From: an uncultured Acidobacteriota bacterium
GTDB taxonomy: Bacteria; Acidobacteriota; Thermoanaerobaculia; Multivoradales; SZUA-115
DNA length: 64,000 nucleotides
Reading direction: 5' to 3'
Assembly: GCA_963805975.1 (NCBI GenBank)
Contig: CAWDVR010000004.1
Coordinates: 64,001 to 128,000, forward strand
The position numbers and the translations under genes are program-made. Each line of letters begins with the position of its first letter. Positions within the stretch are counted from its first letter, which is position 1. The notes beneath the pieces are model-generated. The model had not been told where the DNA came from and searched no databases. It saw only the letters and a list, made by a program, of their open reading frames with translations. This document shows positions 24,406 to 33,784 of this stretch, one piece after another.

Positions 24406-25818
24406 ATTGCTACGGGCCCGCTCACGGCCAGCCCAGGTCTCTAGCAGGCAGCCGATGGAAGGCGGATTGGGGCGGGCGCGCGTCGTCGCCTCGACATAGA
24501 TCACTGCCTCGTACCGGTCGGGGAGCACCACCTCCGTCGCCATGTCGGCCTCGCCCCGGAAGGAGGCCCCGATCTCACGCATCGGCTGTAGGCTGCGAAA
24601 CCATCCGCTGACCGCCCCGCCCGCCGGCAGGCGGCGCAGGTCGAGCAGGCAGAGCGGCCAACCGGCGCGCTCGAAGGTGTCCTCGAGCGTGCCGGCGGAG
24701 GGTGGACCGACCGTGAGCCCGTCCGATCCGCGGCGCCCCTGCCCCTGCCCGGTCGCATCGATCGCCCCAAAGCCGCCGTGGTGGAACAGGAAACCCACGG
24801 GCAGGTAGTCCTTGCCCAGGATCGCCTCGAGGTGGTGTCCCATCGACGTGAAGCGGAAGTCGTGGTTCGAGATGTGCCCGTTGTGCGCCCACAGGACGAC
24901 GCGCGACCCGGGCTCGGCGACATCGGCGATCCAACGCACGTTGTCGGCCATGGCTCGGTCGCGAACCTGCGGGTTGCCCAAGGGGTCGCTGCCCAGCTCG
25001 GTGTACTGACGCAACACCTGCACGTACTGCCGATCGACGAGGGCCTGCCGGTCGGCCACGGCGGCCTGCGTCTCCAGGCGCTCGGCGATCCTCGGCAGCA
25101 CCGCGGCGACGGCGGCGAGACTCTCGTCGTTGGGCCCGTCGGCGCGCTCGTCCGCGGCAAGCTTGGCGAGGGCCGGACCCACCTCCGCCGCGAGCGTCGG
25201 CGCGATCTGCTGCAGCCGCGCCGTCAGGCGCTCCGCCACCACCGCGCCCGCCTGCATGTCGAAGCCATAGAAGCGGACCTGTTTGTGACCCGGCACGGAG
25301 TTCCACTGCCGCATCCAACGGATGAGGTCGAGCACCTCCTCCGTGTTCCAGATCCAGTAGTAGAGCCCGGCGAGCGCCTTGGCGGGGTCTCCCTGGCCCG
25401 TCCGCACGTACTCGTCCACCGCCTCGGACTCCGGCCAGTTAGCCTCGATGGCGAAGACACTGAAGCCGAGCTCGGCGCGCGACGTCAGCAGCGGGACCGC
25501 CTGGCCGCGGATCCAGTCGATCACCGCCTGCGGAGCGGGCAGGGGCTGGCGGATCATCAGGTCCTGACTCACCAGATCCTGGCGCGCCGCGCCGGCGGCG
25601 ACTTCGAAGAAGGCCGAGCGCTGCTCGCCGACCACCGCCCCTGCGACCGGCTCGCCGCCGGGCCCGACGACCGTGCCGCTCACCTCGGCGCTGGCGGGCA
25701 CAGGCACCGCCTCCGCGCCGGCGAGGGGCGTGGCCACGGCACCGGCGAGCCCAGCGGCGCAAGCGAGGACGAGGGTGCGGGCGCGACGGACGAGGCGGTC
25801 GTGACGGGTCGCTGGCAT
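24352..25818 (-). pseudogene. secreted erythromycin-esterase (EreA/B) family protein with in-frame internal deletions
   Basis: GFSVFAIEANWPE, RFYGFDMQ, RDRAMADN and VVLWAHNGHI are present. The conserved LGEATHG block expected between VPLLT and ELGF is absent. Confidence 0.7.
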
Positions 25819-25856
25819 GGTTTGCTCCTCTAGAACCAAGCGGTGCCCCTGCGCCG

Positions 25857-28844
25857 TCACTTCGCACCCCCCTGCGCGGTCTTCGCGAGCGCCTCGAAGC
25901 GGGCCAGCGCGGCGTCGAGGCGCGGCAGCAGATCGCGCATCCGCTCGCGGATGCCGGACGACGGCGCGAGGCTGCCGGCGACGATCGCGTCGTACAGCGA
26001 CGTCAGCTGGGGCTGGAGGCCCGGATCCGCGTCGCGCCGCACCCACGCGAGCTCGGCTTCGACCGCGTCGAGGTCCGCGACCAGCGCCTCTGTCCCCGGC
26101 CTCTTGCGCACTTCCTCGCGAAGCGCGCGAAGCCGCGCGAGCGCCTTCATCAAGCTGGCGATGCGCCCGCCGACGTCGCGCGCCAGCGCGATCTGCTCAT
26201 CGTAGTCGGCGGCCGCCGCGTCGATTCTGGGATCGGCGAGCATCGTCAGCGGCTGCATGGCGCTCCACGCGGCCGCCGTGATCTTCACCATGTAGCTACC
26301 TGGTTTCACGAACGGGCCGTGCGGCCCCCACGTCGGATCGTTGCCGCCCGGAAACTCGAACGGCGCGGCGTGCCGGGCCGTCCAGCGAAATCTGTTGATG
26401 CCTTGCCGCGTGCCGACGACGCCCCGCCCCTCGAAGACGGACCCAAAGTCGGCAGGCAGATCCGATATCCAGGGATCGTCGGGCGAGCGGCTGACGTGCC
26501 TGGCGACGAGGTTGCCGCGTTCGTCGCTGATCTCGAGGGTGACGGGATGGGTCTGCGTCGTGAGGTAGTACGTGATGGTGGCGCCGCCGTCGAGCGGAGG
26601 GTACGAACCGTTCCCGGCGGGGCGATATCCCGGGCGCGGCGCGAACAGATGGTTCGTGTCCGCACGGAGGCCGTCGGCCTGCTGCACTACGCCGAGATCC
26701 TCCAGCACCCACAGTCCGCGGCCGAAGGTCGACACGACGAGATCCTTGCGATGCACCCGCAGGTCCGATACCGGCACGACAGGAAGATTCAGTTGCAGCC
26801 GCCGCCACCGGCCGCCATCGTCCCACGACGCGTAGATCCCGAACTCCGTGCCGGCATAGAGCAGTCCCTGGCGATCGTGGTCCTCACGAACCGCCCGCAC
26901 GTAATGGCCGCTGTCGATGCCGGTGACGCCGCCGCGCCACGAGCGCCCATAGTCGTCGGTGACGAAGACGTACGGCCGGCGATCACCGAGCAGATAGCGG
27001 TAGACCGCAAGCACGGCGCGGCCCGGCTCGTGCACCGAAGGATCGATCGTGCTGACCGTGCCCCACTCCGGCATTGCGGGCGGCGTCACGTTGGTCCACG
27101 TCTGCCCGTGGTCGCGCGAGACATGCACCAGCCCATCGTCGGTGCCCGCCCACAGCAGCCCCTTGGCGAGCGGCGACTCTTCGACGACGAGGATGGTGTC
27201 GTAGACCTCGCCGCCCGTTGTCACGTGTTTGAGGCCCCGGCTGCCCGCCGGCTCCTGCTTCGTCTTGTCGTTCCGCGTGAGGTCGCCGCTGATCACCTCC
27301 CACGAATGGCCGCCGTCGCGCGAGCGATGGACGTGCTGCGAGCCCATGTAAAGGACATCCGGGTCGTGCGGCGAGAGACGAACCGGCATGTTCCAGGCGG
27401 TCCGGTACTTCAGGATCGCCGTCCGCTGCCCCATGCGCGGCTCGGGGTAGACCTGCAGGATCTCGGAGGTCTTTCTTGCCGTGTCCGTCTTCGCGATCTG
27501 GCCGCTGATCGTCGCGTACACGATCGATGGATTGCGGGGATCGACGGCGATGCTGCTCGCCTCGCCGCCGCCGACGCCGTAGGCATCGACGAGCTGCAAC
27601 GGCACGTTGCGGCTTCCCGTCGGCACCGACACCGTGCCGGCATCCTGCTGCGCGGAGTAGACGCGGTAGGGATATCCCGTGTCGACCGCGATGCGATACA
27701 TCTCGCCGGTCGGCTGATTCATCTGCGTCGACCAGGTCGCGCCGCCGTTGAACGAAACCGTCGCGCCGCCATCGTTGCCGTTGATGAGGATGCGCGGGTC
27801 GCGCGGATGGATCCAGAGATCGTGATGGTCTTCGTGCGAGTCCGGGGCGATCGCGAACGTCGCGCCGCCGTCGGTCGACTTCAACAGCGAGGTGCTCAAC
27901 ACGTAGATCAGGTCCGGGGACACCGGATGCGGCGCGAGATGCGTGTGATAGAAGGCGCGCTGCGTCAGCACCGGGTCGCCGTTCACGCGCGACCAGCTGC
28001 GGCCCGCGTCATCCGATCGAAAGAGCCCGCCGGCGCCGGCCGGCGCTTCGATCAGCGCCCAGACACGTGACGGCCGCGCCGGAGAGAGGGCGACGGCGGT
28101 GCGACCCAGCACGCCCGACGGCAGGCCGCCTGCAAGACGCGTCCAGGTATCCCCGCCGTCGTCGGACTTGAAGATGCCGCCGTCCGTGCTGCCGTTCTCG
28201 AACGCCCAGGGCTTCCGCTCGTAGGACCACGAGGCCGCATACAGCACGCGCGGATCGGCGGGGTCGATGGCGAGATCGGCGATGCCTGTTCCCTCACTGA
28301 TGAAGAGGACCTTCTGCCACGAGCGGCCGCCGTCGCGTGAACGGAAAACACCGCGCGTCGCATTCGGCGACGAGGCGTGGCCGAGCACGGCGGCGTACAC
28401 GAGATCGGGATCGCGCGGGTGAACGCGGATACGACCGATCTGCCCGGCGTCGCGAAGCCCCGCGTGCACCCATGTTTCGCCGCCGTCGTCGGACCTGTAC
28501 ACGCCGACGCCGGGCGAGACGTTCGTGCGCGGGCACGCGGTGCCGGTGCCGGCGTACACCACCCTCGGATTGGAGTCGGACACCGCGATGGCGCCGACCG
28601 ACCCGGCCTCGAAATAGCGATCCGACACGTTGCGCCAGGTGGTGCCGGCGTCGGTCGACTTCCACACGCCGCCGCCGATGGCGCCGAAGTAGAACGTGAA
28701 GGGGTCGGCCGCGACACCGGTGACGGCCGTCGAGCGCCCGCCGCGGGGGAAATGCAACTGGCGGTACTCGAGGCCCGGCAGCAGCGCCGGATCGGGCTGG
28801 GTCGCGACGAGGGAGAGAAGCAGCAGCAGTGGGGTCATGTCCAC
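25857..28844 (-). CDS. secreted BNR/VPS10 (Asp-box) repeat glycosyl-hydrolase-like protein
   Basis: Signal peptide and many SxDGGxTW Asp-boxes, plus DHHDLWI, GNDGG and LYAGTEFG. Confidence 0.9.
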   Translation of the reverse strand: MDMTPLLLLLSLVATQPDPALLPGLEYRQLHFPRGGRSTAVTGVAADPFTFYFGAIGGGVWKSTDAGTTWRNVSDRYFEAGSVGAIAVSDSNPRVVYAGTGTACPRTNVSPGVGVYRSDDGGETWVHAGLRDAGQIGRIRVHPRDPDLVYAAVLGHASSPNATRGVFRSRDGGRSWQKVLFISEGTGIADLAIDPADPRVLYAASWSYERKPWAFENGSTDGGIFKSDDGGDTWTRLAGGLPSGVLGRTAVALSPARPSRVWALIEAPAGAGGLFRSDDAGRSWSRVNGDPVLTQRAFYHTHLAPHPVSPDLIYVLSTSLLKSTDGGATFAIAPDSHEDHHDLWIHPRDPRILINGNDGGATVSFNGGATWSTQMNQPTGEMYRIAVDTGYPYRVYSAQQDAGTVSVPTGSRNVPLQLVDAYGVGGGEASSIAVDPRNPSIVYATISGQIAKTDTARKTSEILQVYPEPRMGQRTAILKYRTAWNMPVRLSPHDPDVLYMGSQHVHRSRDGGHSWEVISGDLTRNDKTKQEPAGSRGLKHVTTGGEVYDTILVVEESPLAKGLLWAGTDDGLVHVSRDHGQTWTNVTPPAMPEWGTVSTIDPSVHEPGRAVLAVYRYLLGDRRPYVFVTDDYGRSWRGGVTGIDSGHYVRAVREDHDRQGLLYAGTEFGIYASWDDGGRWRRLQLNLPVVPVSDLRVHRKDLVVSTFGRGLWVLEDLGVVQQADGLRADTNHLFAPRPGYRPAGNGSYPPLDGGATITYYLTTQTHPVTLEISDERGNLVARHVSRSPDDPWISDLPADFGSVFEGRGVVGTRQGINRFRWTARHAAPFEFPGGNDPTWGPHGPFVKPGSYMVKITAAAWSAMQPLTMLADPRIDAAAADYDEQIALARDVGGRIASLMKALARLRALREEVRKRPGTEALVADLDAVEAELAWVRRDADPGLQPQLTSLYDAIVAGSLAPSSGIRERMRDLLPRLDAALARFEALAKTAQGGAK

Positions 28845-29059
28845 CTCTTGATGAACCGTTCAACGGCCAGCGCGGGGATCTCGAGGATCACGATCTCTCT
28901 CGCCAGCACGCGGAAGTTATACGTCCAGAGCTCCTCGAGCCATAGGGGACGTCCGCCGGGCTCACTCGCCGCCTCCTGAGCGAATCCCCCTGCCCCGCGT
29001 GAGGGCTTTACCTCATCGCCTCGGCAGGGACGCCGTGCCAGCCTTCTTCCTCGCTGAAA

Positions 29060-29085
29060 CACGGAACATCGCGCGATGTTCCGTG
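29060..29085. promoter_or_regulatory. perfect 26-bp palindrome between divergent genes
   Basis: CACGGAACATCGCGCGATGTTCCGTG equals its own reverse complement. It ends 31 nt before the S8 protease start. Confidence 0.55.
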
Positions 29086-29116
29086 CACCGAAGAACTCAC
29101 TTCGGAGGGGGGGAAT

Positions 29117-30499
29117 GTGAACCATCCACGCTTCGGAAGGCTCGTCTCACTCGTACTGGTCGCCGCCGTCGTCTTCGGCGGCGGCCCTGCCGCGGCCGAC
29201 GCGCGCATCGGCGGCCAGCTGGCCGCCATGCTGGCCACGGCGCTACCGTTCCAGCAGCTCGAGATCGTGGTGACCTACCGGCAATCGGGCCCGGTCCAGT
29301 CGCCTCAGGTGCAGGTGCTGAGAGCACTCGGCATCACGCGCGGCATCTCGTTCCGGGGGCTGCCCGTGGTCGGTGCGCTTGCCACGCCCGGCGCCATCCG
29401 CCAGCTGGCCCGGCGCGGGGACGTGCTGTCGATCCACGCCAACAGCGCGTTGACCTATTTCAACAATGACGCGCGGAGCCTCTCCGGCGTCGACCTCGTG
29501 CAAGCCGACCCCGACCTCGGGTTCACCGGCGCCGGCGTCACGGTGCTGGTCAACGACTCGGGCATCGACGCCATCCACGGCGACCTCGCCTTCGGCAGTC
29601 ACGTGGTCGAGAACGTCCAGGCGTTGACCAACCTGAGCTCCGTGCTCACCTTCCTGCCGGTGACCTATCTCGAGGGCCAGCCCGACACCGACATCAGCTC
29701 CGGCCACGGCACCCACTGCGCCGGCATCGTCGGCGGCAGCGGCGCGCAGTCCGGCGGGCTGTACCGCGGCGTGGCGACCGGCTCCCAGCTCGTCGGTTAC
29801 GGGTCCGGCGCGGTGATCTCGATCCTCGACGCGGTCGGCGGGTTCGACTACGCCATCGCCCATCGCGACAGCTTCGGCGCGCCCATCCGGGTGATCAGCA
29901 ACTCCTGGGGCGGCTCCGGGGCGTTCGACCCCACCGATCCGGTCAACGTCGCGAGCTACGCGGCCTACAACCAGGGCATCCTCTCGGTCTTCGCGGCGGG
30001 CAACTCGGGTCCGGGCGCCAACACGCACAACCCCTACGCCCAGGCGCCTTGGGTCATCTCGGTGGCCGCCGGCAACAAGGACGGCACGCTCGCGGACTTC
30101 TCCTCCCGCGGCAACCCGGGCGAGTCCGGCACCTTCACCATGCCCGACGGCGAGGAGTGGACCTACATCAACGAGCCGACGCTCGTGGCCACCGGTGTGG
30201 ACATCGTCTCGGCCCGCGCCTTGACGGGCCTCCTGCCGGTCCTCTCGCTTCCCCAGGACCTCTCGCTCGATCTGGCCCATGTCGCCTTCTACACCCACAT
30301 GAGCGGCACCTCGATGGCGACGCCGCACGTCGCCGGCATCGCCGCGCTGCTCTTCGAGGCGGACCCGGCGCTGACGCCTTCGGAGGTCAAGGCGATCCTC
30401 GCGGGCACCGCCAACCCGATGCCGGGCCGCGCTTCCTTCGAGGTGGGTGCCGGCCACGTCGACGCCTACGAGGCGGCGACGGTGGCGGCGGGGAACTGA
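29117..30499 (+). CDS. secreted S8 (subtilisin-like) serine protease
   Basis: Catalytic triad motifs VLVNDSG, HGTHCAG and GTSMATPHVAG, plus AAGN and a signal peptide. Confidence 0.94.
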   Translation: MNHPRFGRLVSLVLVAAVVFGGGPAAADARIGGQLAAMLATALPFQQLEIVVTYRQSGPVQSPQVQVLRALGITRGISFRGLPVVGALATPGAIRQLARRGDVLSIHANSALTYFNNDARSLSGVDLVQADPDLGFTGAGVTVLVNDSGIDAIHGDLAFGSHVVENVQALTNLSSVLTFLPVTYLEGQPDTDISSGHGTHCAGIVGGSGAQSGGLYRGVATGSQLVGYGSGAVISILDAVGGFDYAIAHRDSFGAPIRVISNSWGGSGAFDPTDPVNVASYAAYNQGILSVFAAGNSGPGANTHNPYAQAPWVISVAAGNKDGTLADFSSRGNPGESGTFTMPDGEEWTYINEPTLVATGVDIVSARALTGLLPVLSLPQDLSLDLAHVAFYTHMSGTSMATPHVAGIAALLFEADPALTPSEVKAILAGTANPMPGRASFEVGAGHVDAYEAATVAAGN

Positions 30500-30574
30500 G
30501 CGGCAGAGCGATCGGACGGGGTGGCCGGGAGGGCTCTCCCTCCCGGCCTCGTGCTGCGGTGGTGCTCGGTGGTG

Positions 30575-30748
30575 TTAGGGCCGCACGAAGGCCGAGGTCA
30601 GGCCATAGGAGCCCTCGGCCCCGCCCACGCCCTCGACGCGCACGAAGTAGCGGCCCGCATTGAGGATCTTGACGAGATGAAAGTTGTCGCCGCTACCGTA
30701 GGTGCCCGGATAGAGGACCGCGGCCACCGAGTCGCCGGAGTCGTATAG
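30575..30748 (-). pseudogene. 3' stump encoding a PPC (pre-peptidase C-terminal)-like domain
   Basis: Minus-strand LYDSGDSVAAV...GSGDNFHLVKILNAGRYFVRVEGVGGAEGSYGL...stop. Confidence 0.5.
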
Positions 30749-30789
30749 GTCTCCGCCGGCCAGGCTGGTGGCTCGCCCGCAGACGGTGG

Positions 30790-30978
30790 CTGGCGAGCCT
30801 GGGTCGCGTTGCCGAGGCGGAGCCGCTCCTGGTCCAGGGCTTCGAGAAGCTTTCGAAGGCTGCGCGCCGCCGGCCCTACGTGCCGGATGCGCTCCACCGT
30901 CTGACGGACTTTTACGAGAAGGCCGGCCGGGCCGATCGCGCCGCCGAGTACCGGCGGCTGCACTCGCAGGCGCCCTGA
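30790..30978 (+). pseudogene. 3' stump of a kinase-TPR type protein
   Basis: LASLGRVAEAEPLLVQGFEKL...DALHRLTDFYEKAGRADRAAEYR-stop is a typical final TPR; no start is present. Confidence 0.6.
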
Positions 30979-31000
30979 GCGGCGTTCGGTGTGAGGGGGC

Positions 31001-32019
31001 TCAGGCCCACTCGGTCCAGCTCGGGGGCGCGAAGCCGTCGATCACCCGGCCCAGCCCCGCTTCCCGCGCCCGCGCCAGCGCGAGCTGGGCGAGGGCCAGG
31101 TCGAGGATGCCGAGGCCGAAGGGGCTGAAGATCGCCGGCCTGTCGCCCTCTCCCCGCGGCGGTTTCGTGCCGGCGAGGATCTCGGCGAGCGTCGCGCGCA
31201 CGAAGCGGCGATGCCCCACCTGCTGCTCGGCCAGGTGCAGGGAGGTGCTCTCCCGCACCGCGTGGTCCACGTCGTCGACCACGTTGTCCGCGGCGAGGAT
31301 CACCTCCGGCGCCAGGTCGCGGAGCGAGATGTGGAGCACCGTGGCGCCGGGGGCGAGGCCGGCGAGGCTCGGAACGTGGGGCGTGCCGGCCGTGGTGGCG
31401 AAGGAGACGAGGGAGCTGCCGGCGAGCGCGTCGTCGAGCGAAGAAACCGGCTCGCTCGCCACCCCCAGGTTTGCCAAGCGGTCCTGGAATGCCTCTGCCC
31501 GCTTCGCATCGAGGTCGAACACCGCCACCAGCGGGAGCGTGCCGTAGACCGCATCGAGGAAGCGGGCGATCTCGAAGTTGATGAGACCGCAGCCGATCAT
31601 CGCCAGGCGCTCGGGGGGTGCTGCGGCCAGCTTCTCGGCCGCCAGCGCGGCGCTCGCCGCGGTGCGTTTGGCGCTCACCACCGAGCCCTCGAGCACCGCC
31701 AGTGGCCGGCCGGTCTCCGTGCTGTTGAGGATCATCGCCGCCGAGGCGCGGTCGAGGCCGCGCTCCAGGTTGCCCGGGAACGAGGAGATCCACTTGACCC
31801 CGGCGACCTCGAAACCGCGCCGAGAAAGGCCGGCAGCGCGATGATGCGGTTCCTGGGCGCACCGGGGAAGCGCAGGAACGAGGAGTGGGGTAGCGAGCTC
31901 TCGCCGGCGCCGTGCGCCAGGTAGGCCCGGCCGACGGCGTCGAGGATCTCGTGCTCCCGGCCTTCGAGACAGGCGAGGACGTCGGGGCCGGTCAGCAGAA
32001 GAAGCTCGTCACCAGGCAT
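31001..32019 (-). CDS. sbnB: 2,3-diaminopropionate biosynthesis protein SbnB (ornithine cyclodeaminase family); frameshift near 31815
   Basis: [52 protein letters not shown] and [11 protein letters not shown]. It lies directly downstream of sbnA. Confidence 0.88.
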
Positions 32020-32035
32020 CGCGCTCGCCACCTCG

Positions 32036-33059
32036 TCAAGTCAGGGAGGTCGCCGGGCGGGCATCGCGCCACAGCGGCTCGACGTCCCCGAAGTGCTCCC
32101 GCACCCAGGCGTCCGAAAAGATGGTGTCGAGGTAGCGCTCGCCGCGGTCGCAGAGAATGGCGACGCAGCGCGCCCCGGACGGGATCTCGTGGCCCATGGC
32201 CTCGACGGCGGCGACCACCGCCCCCGAAGAGCCGCCGGCGAGCACCCCTTCGCGGTGCAGCAGCCGCCGGCAGCCGACCACGCAGTCGAGATCGGTGACC
32301 AGGATCGAGCGCTCGGCCAGGTCGGGCCGGAAGAGAGCGGGCCGCACGGCGGCGCCGTGGCCGGGGATCAGCCGCTTCTTGCGCTCGCCCGCCGAAGATC
32401 ACGCTGCCCACCGCGTCCACCGCCACGATGCGGGTGCGCAGGCCCAGCTCGCGCGCGTGGTCCGCGCAGCCGCGCAAGGTGCCGCAGCTGCTGGTGGCGA
32501 CGAAGAGGTAGTCGAGCCGGCCGTCCAGGGCGTCGACGATCTCCCGGAGCGTCTGGTGGTGGGCGCGGGGGTTGTCCGGGTTGGCGTACTGGTTGGGCCA
32601 GAAGCTGCCGGGGATCTCGCGCCGCAAGGCTTCCACTCTCTCGAGCCGCGCCTGGAGGTACTCGCCGGTCACGGGATCGGGCGCCGTGACCATGTCCACC
32701 TCGGCGCCGTAGGCGCGCAGCAGGTCGACGTTGAGCGGCGTCGTCTTGGGATCGATCACGCAGACGAAGCGCAGGCCGTAGATCCGGCAGGCGAGGGCGA
32801 GGCCGATCCCCATGTTGCCGGAGCTCGACTCGACGACCACCGTGCCGCGCCCGATCTCGCCCCGTGCCCACGCCGCCTCGAGGATGCTCAGAGCGGCGCG
32901 GTCCTTGATGCTGCCGCCCTGGTTGGCACCCTCGAGCTTGGCGAAGAGCTCGAACGGCGCCCCGGGCAGCAGCCGCCGGAGCCGCACCAGCGGGGTGTTG
33001 CCGATGGTCGCCAGGATCCCTTCACGGATGGCGCTCGCAGGCGGGGCTTGGGTGGGCAT
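32036..33059 (-). CDS. sbnA: 2,3-diaminopropionate biosynthesis protein SbnA (PLP, cysteine synthase-like); frameshift near 32385
   Basis: [49 protein letters not shown] and AGGSSG, together with its pairing with sbnB. Confidence 0.88.
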
Positions 33060-33181
33060 GGGGTGGGGGGCTGTTGGCGTCGCAGGGCGCCTCATCGGCA
33101 CAGCGCCCCTCTTTAGTGCAGACAGCGGTTTCTGCGTGACAGCCGGAAGGGCTCTCGAAGAGGACTGTTAAGCTGCCGCGA

Positions 33182-33784
33182 GTGACTGTCGCCTCCGCCA
33201 GCCTGCTCATGTTCCTGGTGATCGACCCGCTGGGGAACGTGCCGTTTTTCCTCTCGGCGTTGAAGACCGTCGAGCGCGCGCGGCAGCGCCGGGTGGTTCT
33301 GCGCGAGCTTCTGATCGCGCTCGTGGTGCTGGTCGCCTTCCTCTTCGTGGGCGCCCCGGTGCTGGCGCTGCTCCACGTCTCGGGGCCGGCGCTCACCACG
33401 GCCGGCGGCGTCATCCTGATGCTGATCGCGCTGCGCATGATCTTCCCCACCGCCGAGCGCTCGATGCAGGAGGAGGTCGCCGGCGAGCCGTTCATCGTGC
33501 CGCTCGCCATCCCCTACACGGCGGGCCCCTCGGCGCTCGCCACCGAGCTGCTGCTGGTGAGCGGCGAGCCCGCCCGCTGGCCGGAGTGGCTGCTCGCCGT
33601 GTTCCTGGCCTGGCTCGCCGCCAGCGTCATCATCCTCTTCGCGAGCGGCTTCCGCCGCTACCTGGGTGAGAAGGGCCTGATCGCCCTCGAGCGGCTGATG
33701 GGCATGGTGCTGGTCACCGTCGCGGTGCAGATGCTGATGACCGGCATCTCGCAGTTCCTGGCGGCCGACGGAGCCGTGCCGTGA
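33182..33784 (+). CDS. MarC family membrane protein
   Basis: FLVIDPLGNVPFF, PFIVPLAIP..AGPSAL and LERLMGMVL. Confidence 0.9.
   Translation: MTVASASLLMFLVIDPLGNVPFFLSALKTVERARQRRVVLRELLIALVVLVAFLFVGAPVLALLHVSGPALTTAGGVILMLIALRMIFPTAERSMQEEVAGEPFIVPLAIPYTAGPSALATELLLVSGEPARWPEWLLAVFLAWLAASVIILFASGFRRYLGEKGLIALERLMGMVLVTVAVQMLMTGISQFLAADGAVP

Noticed and set aside
28960-29060. Possible riboswitch upstream of the S8 protease
   Set aside because: It has only scattered resemblance (GAATCC, CGCTGAA) to c-di-AMP-type motifs, and the conserved elements are not in the right order.
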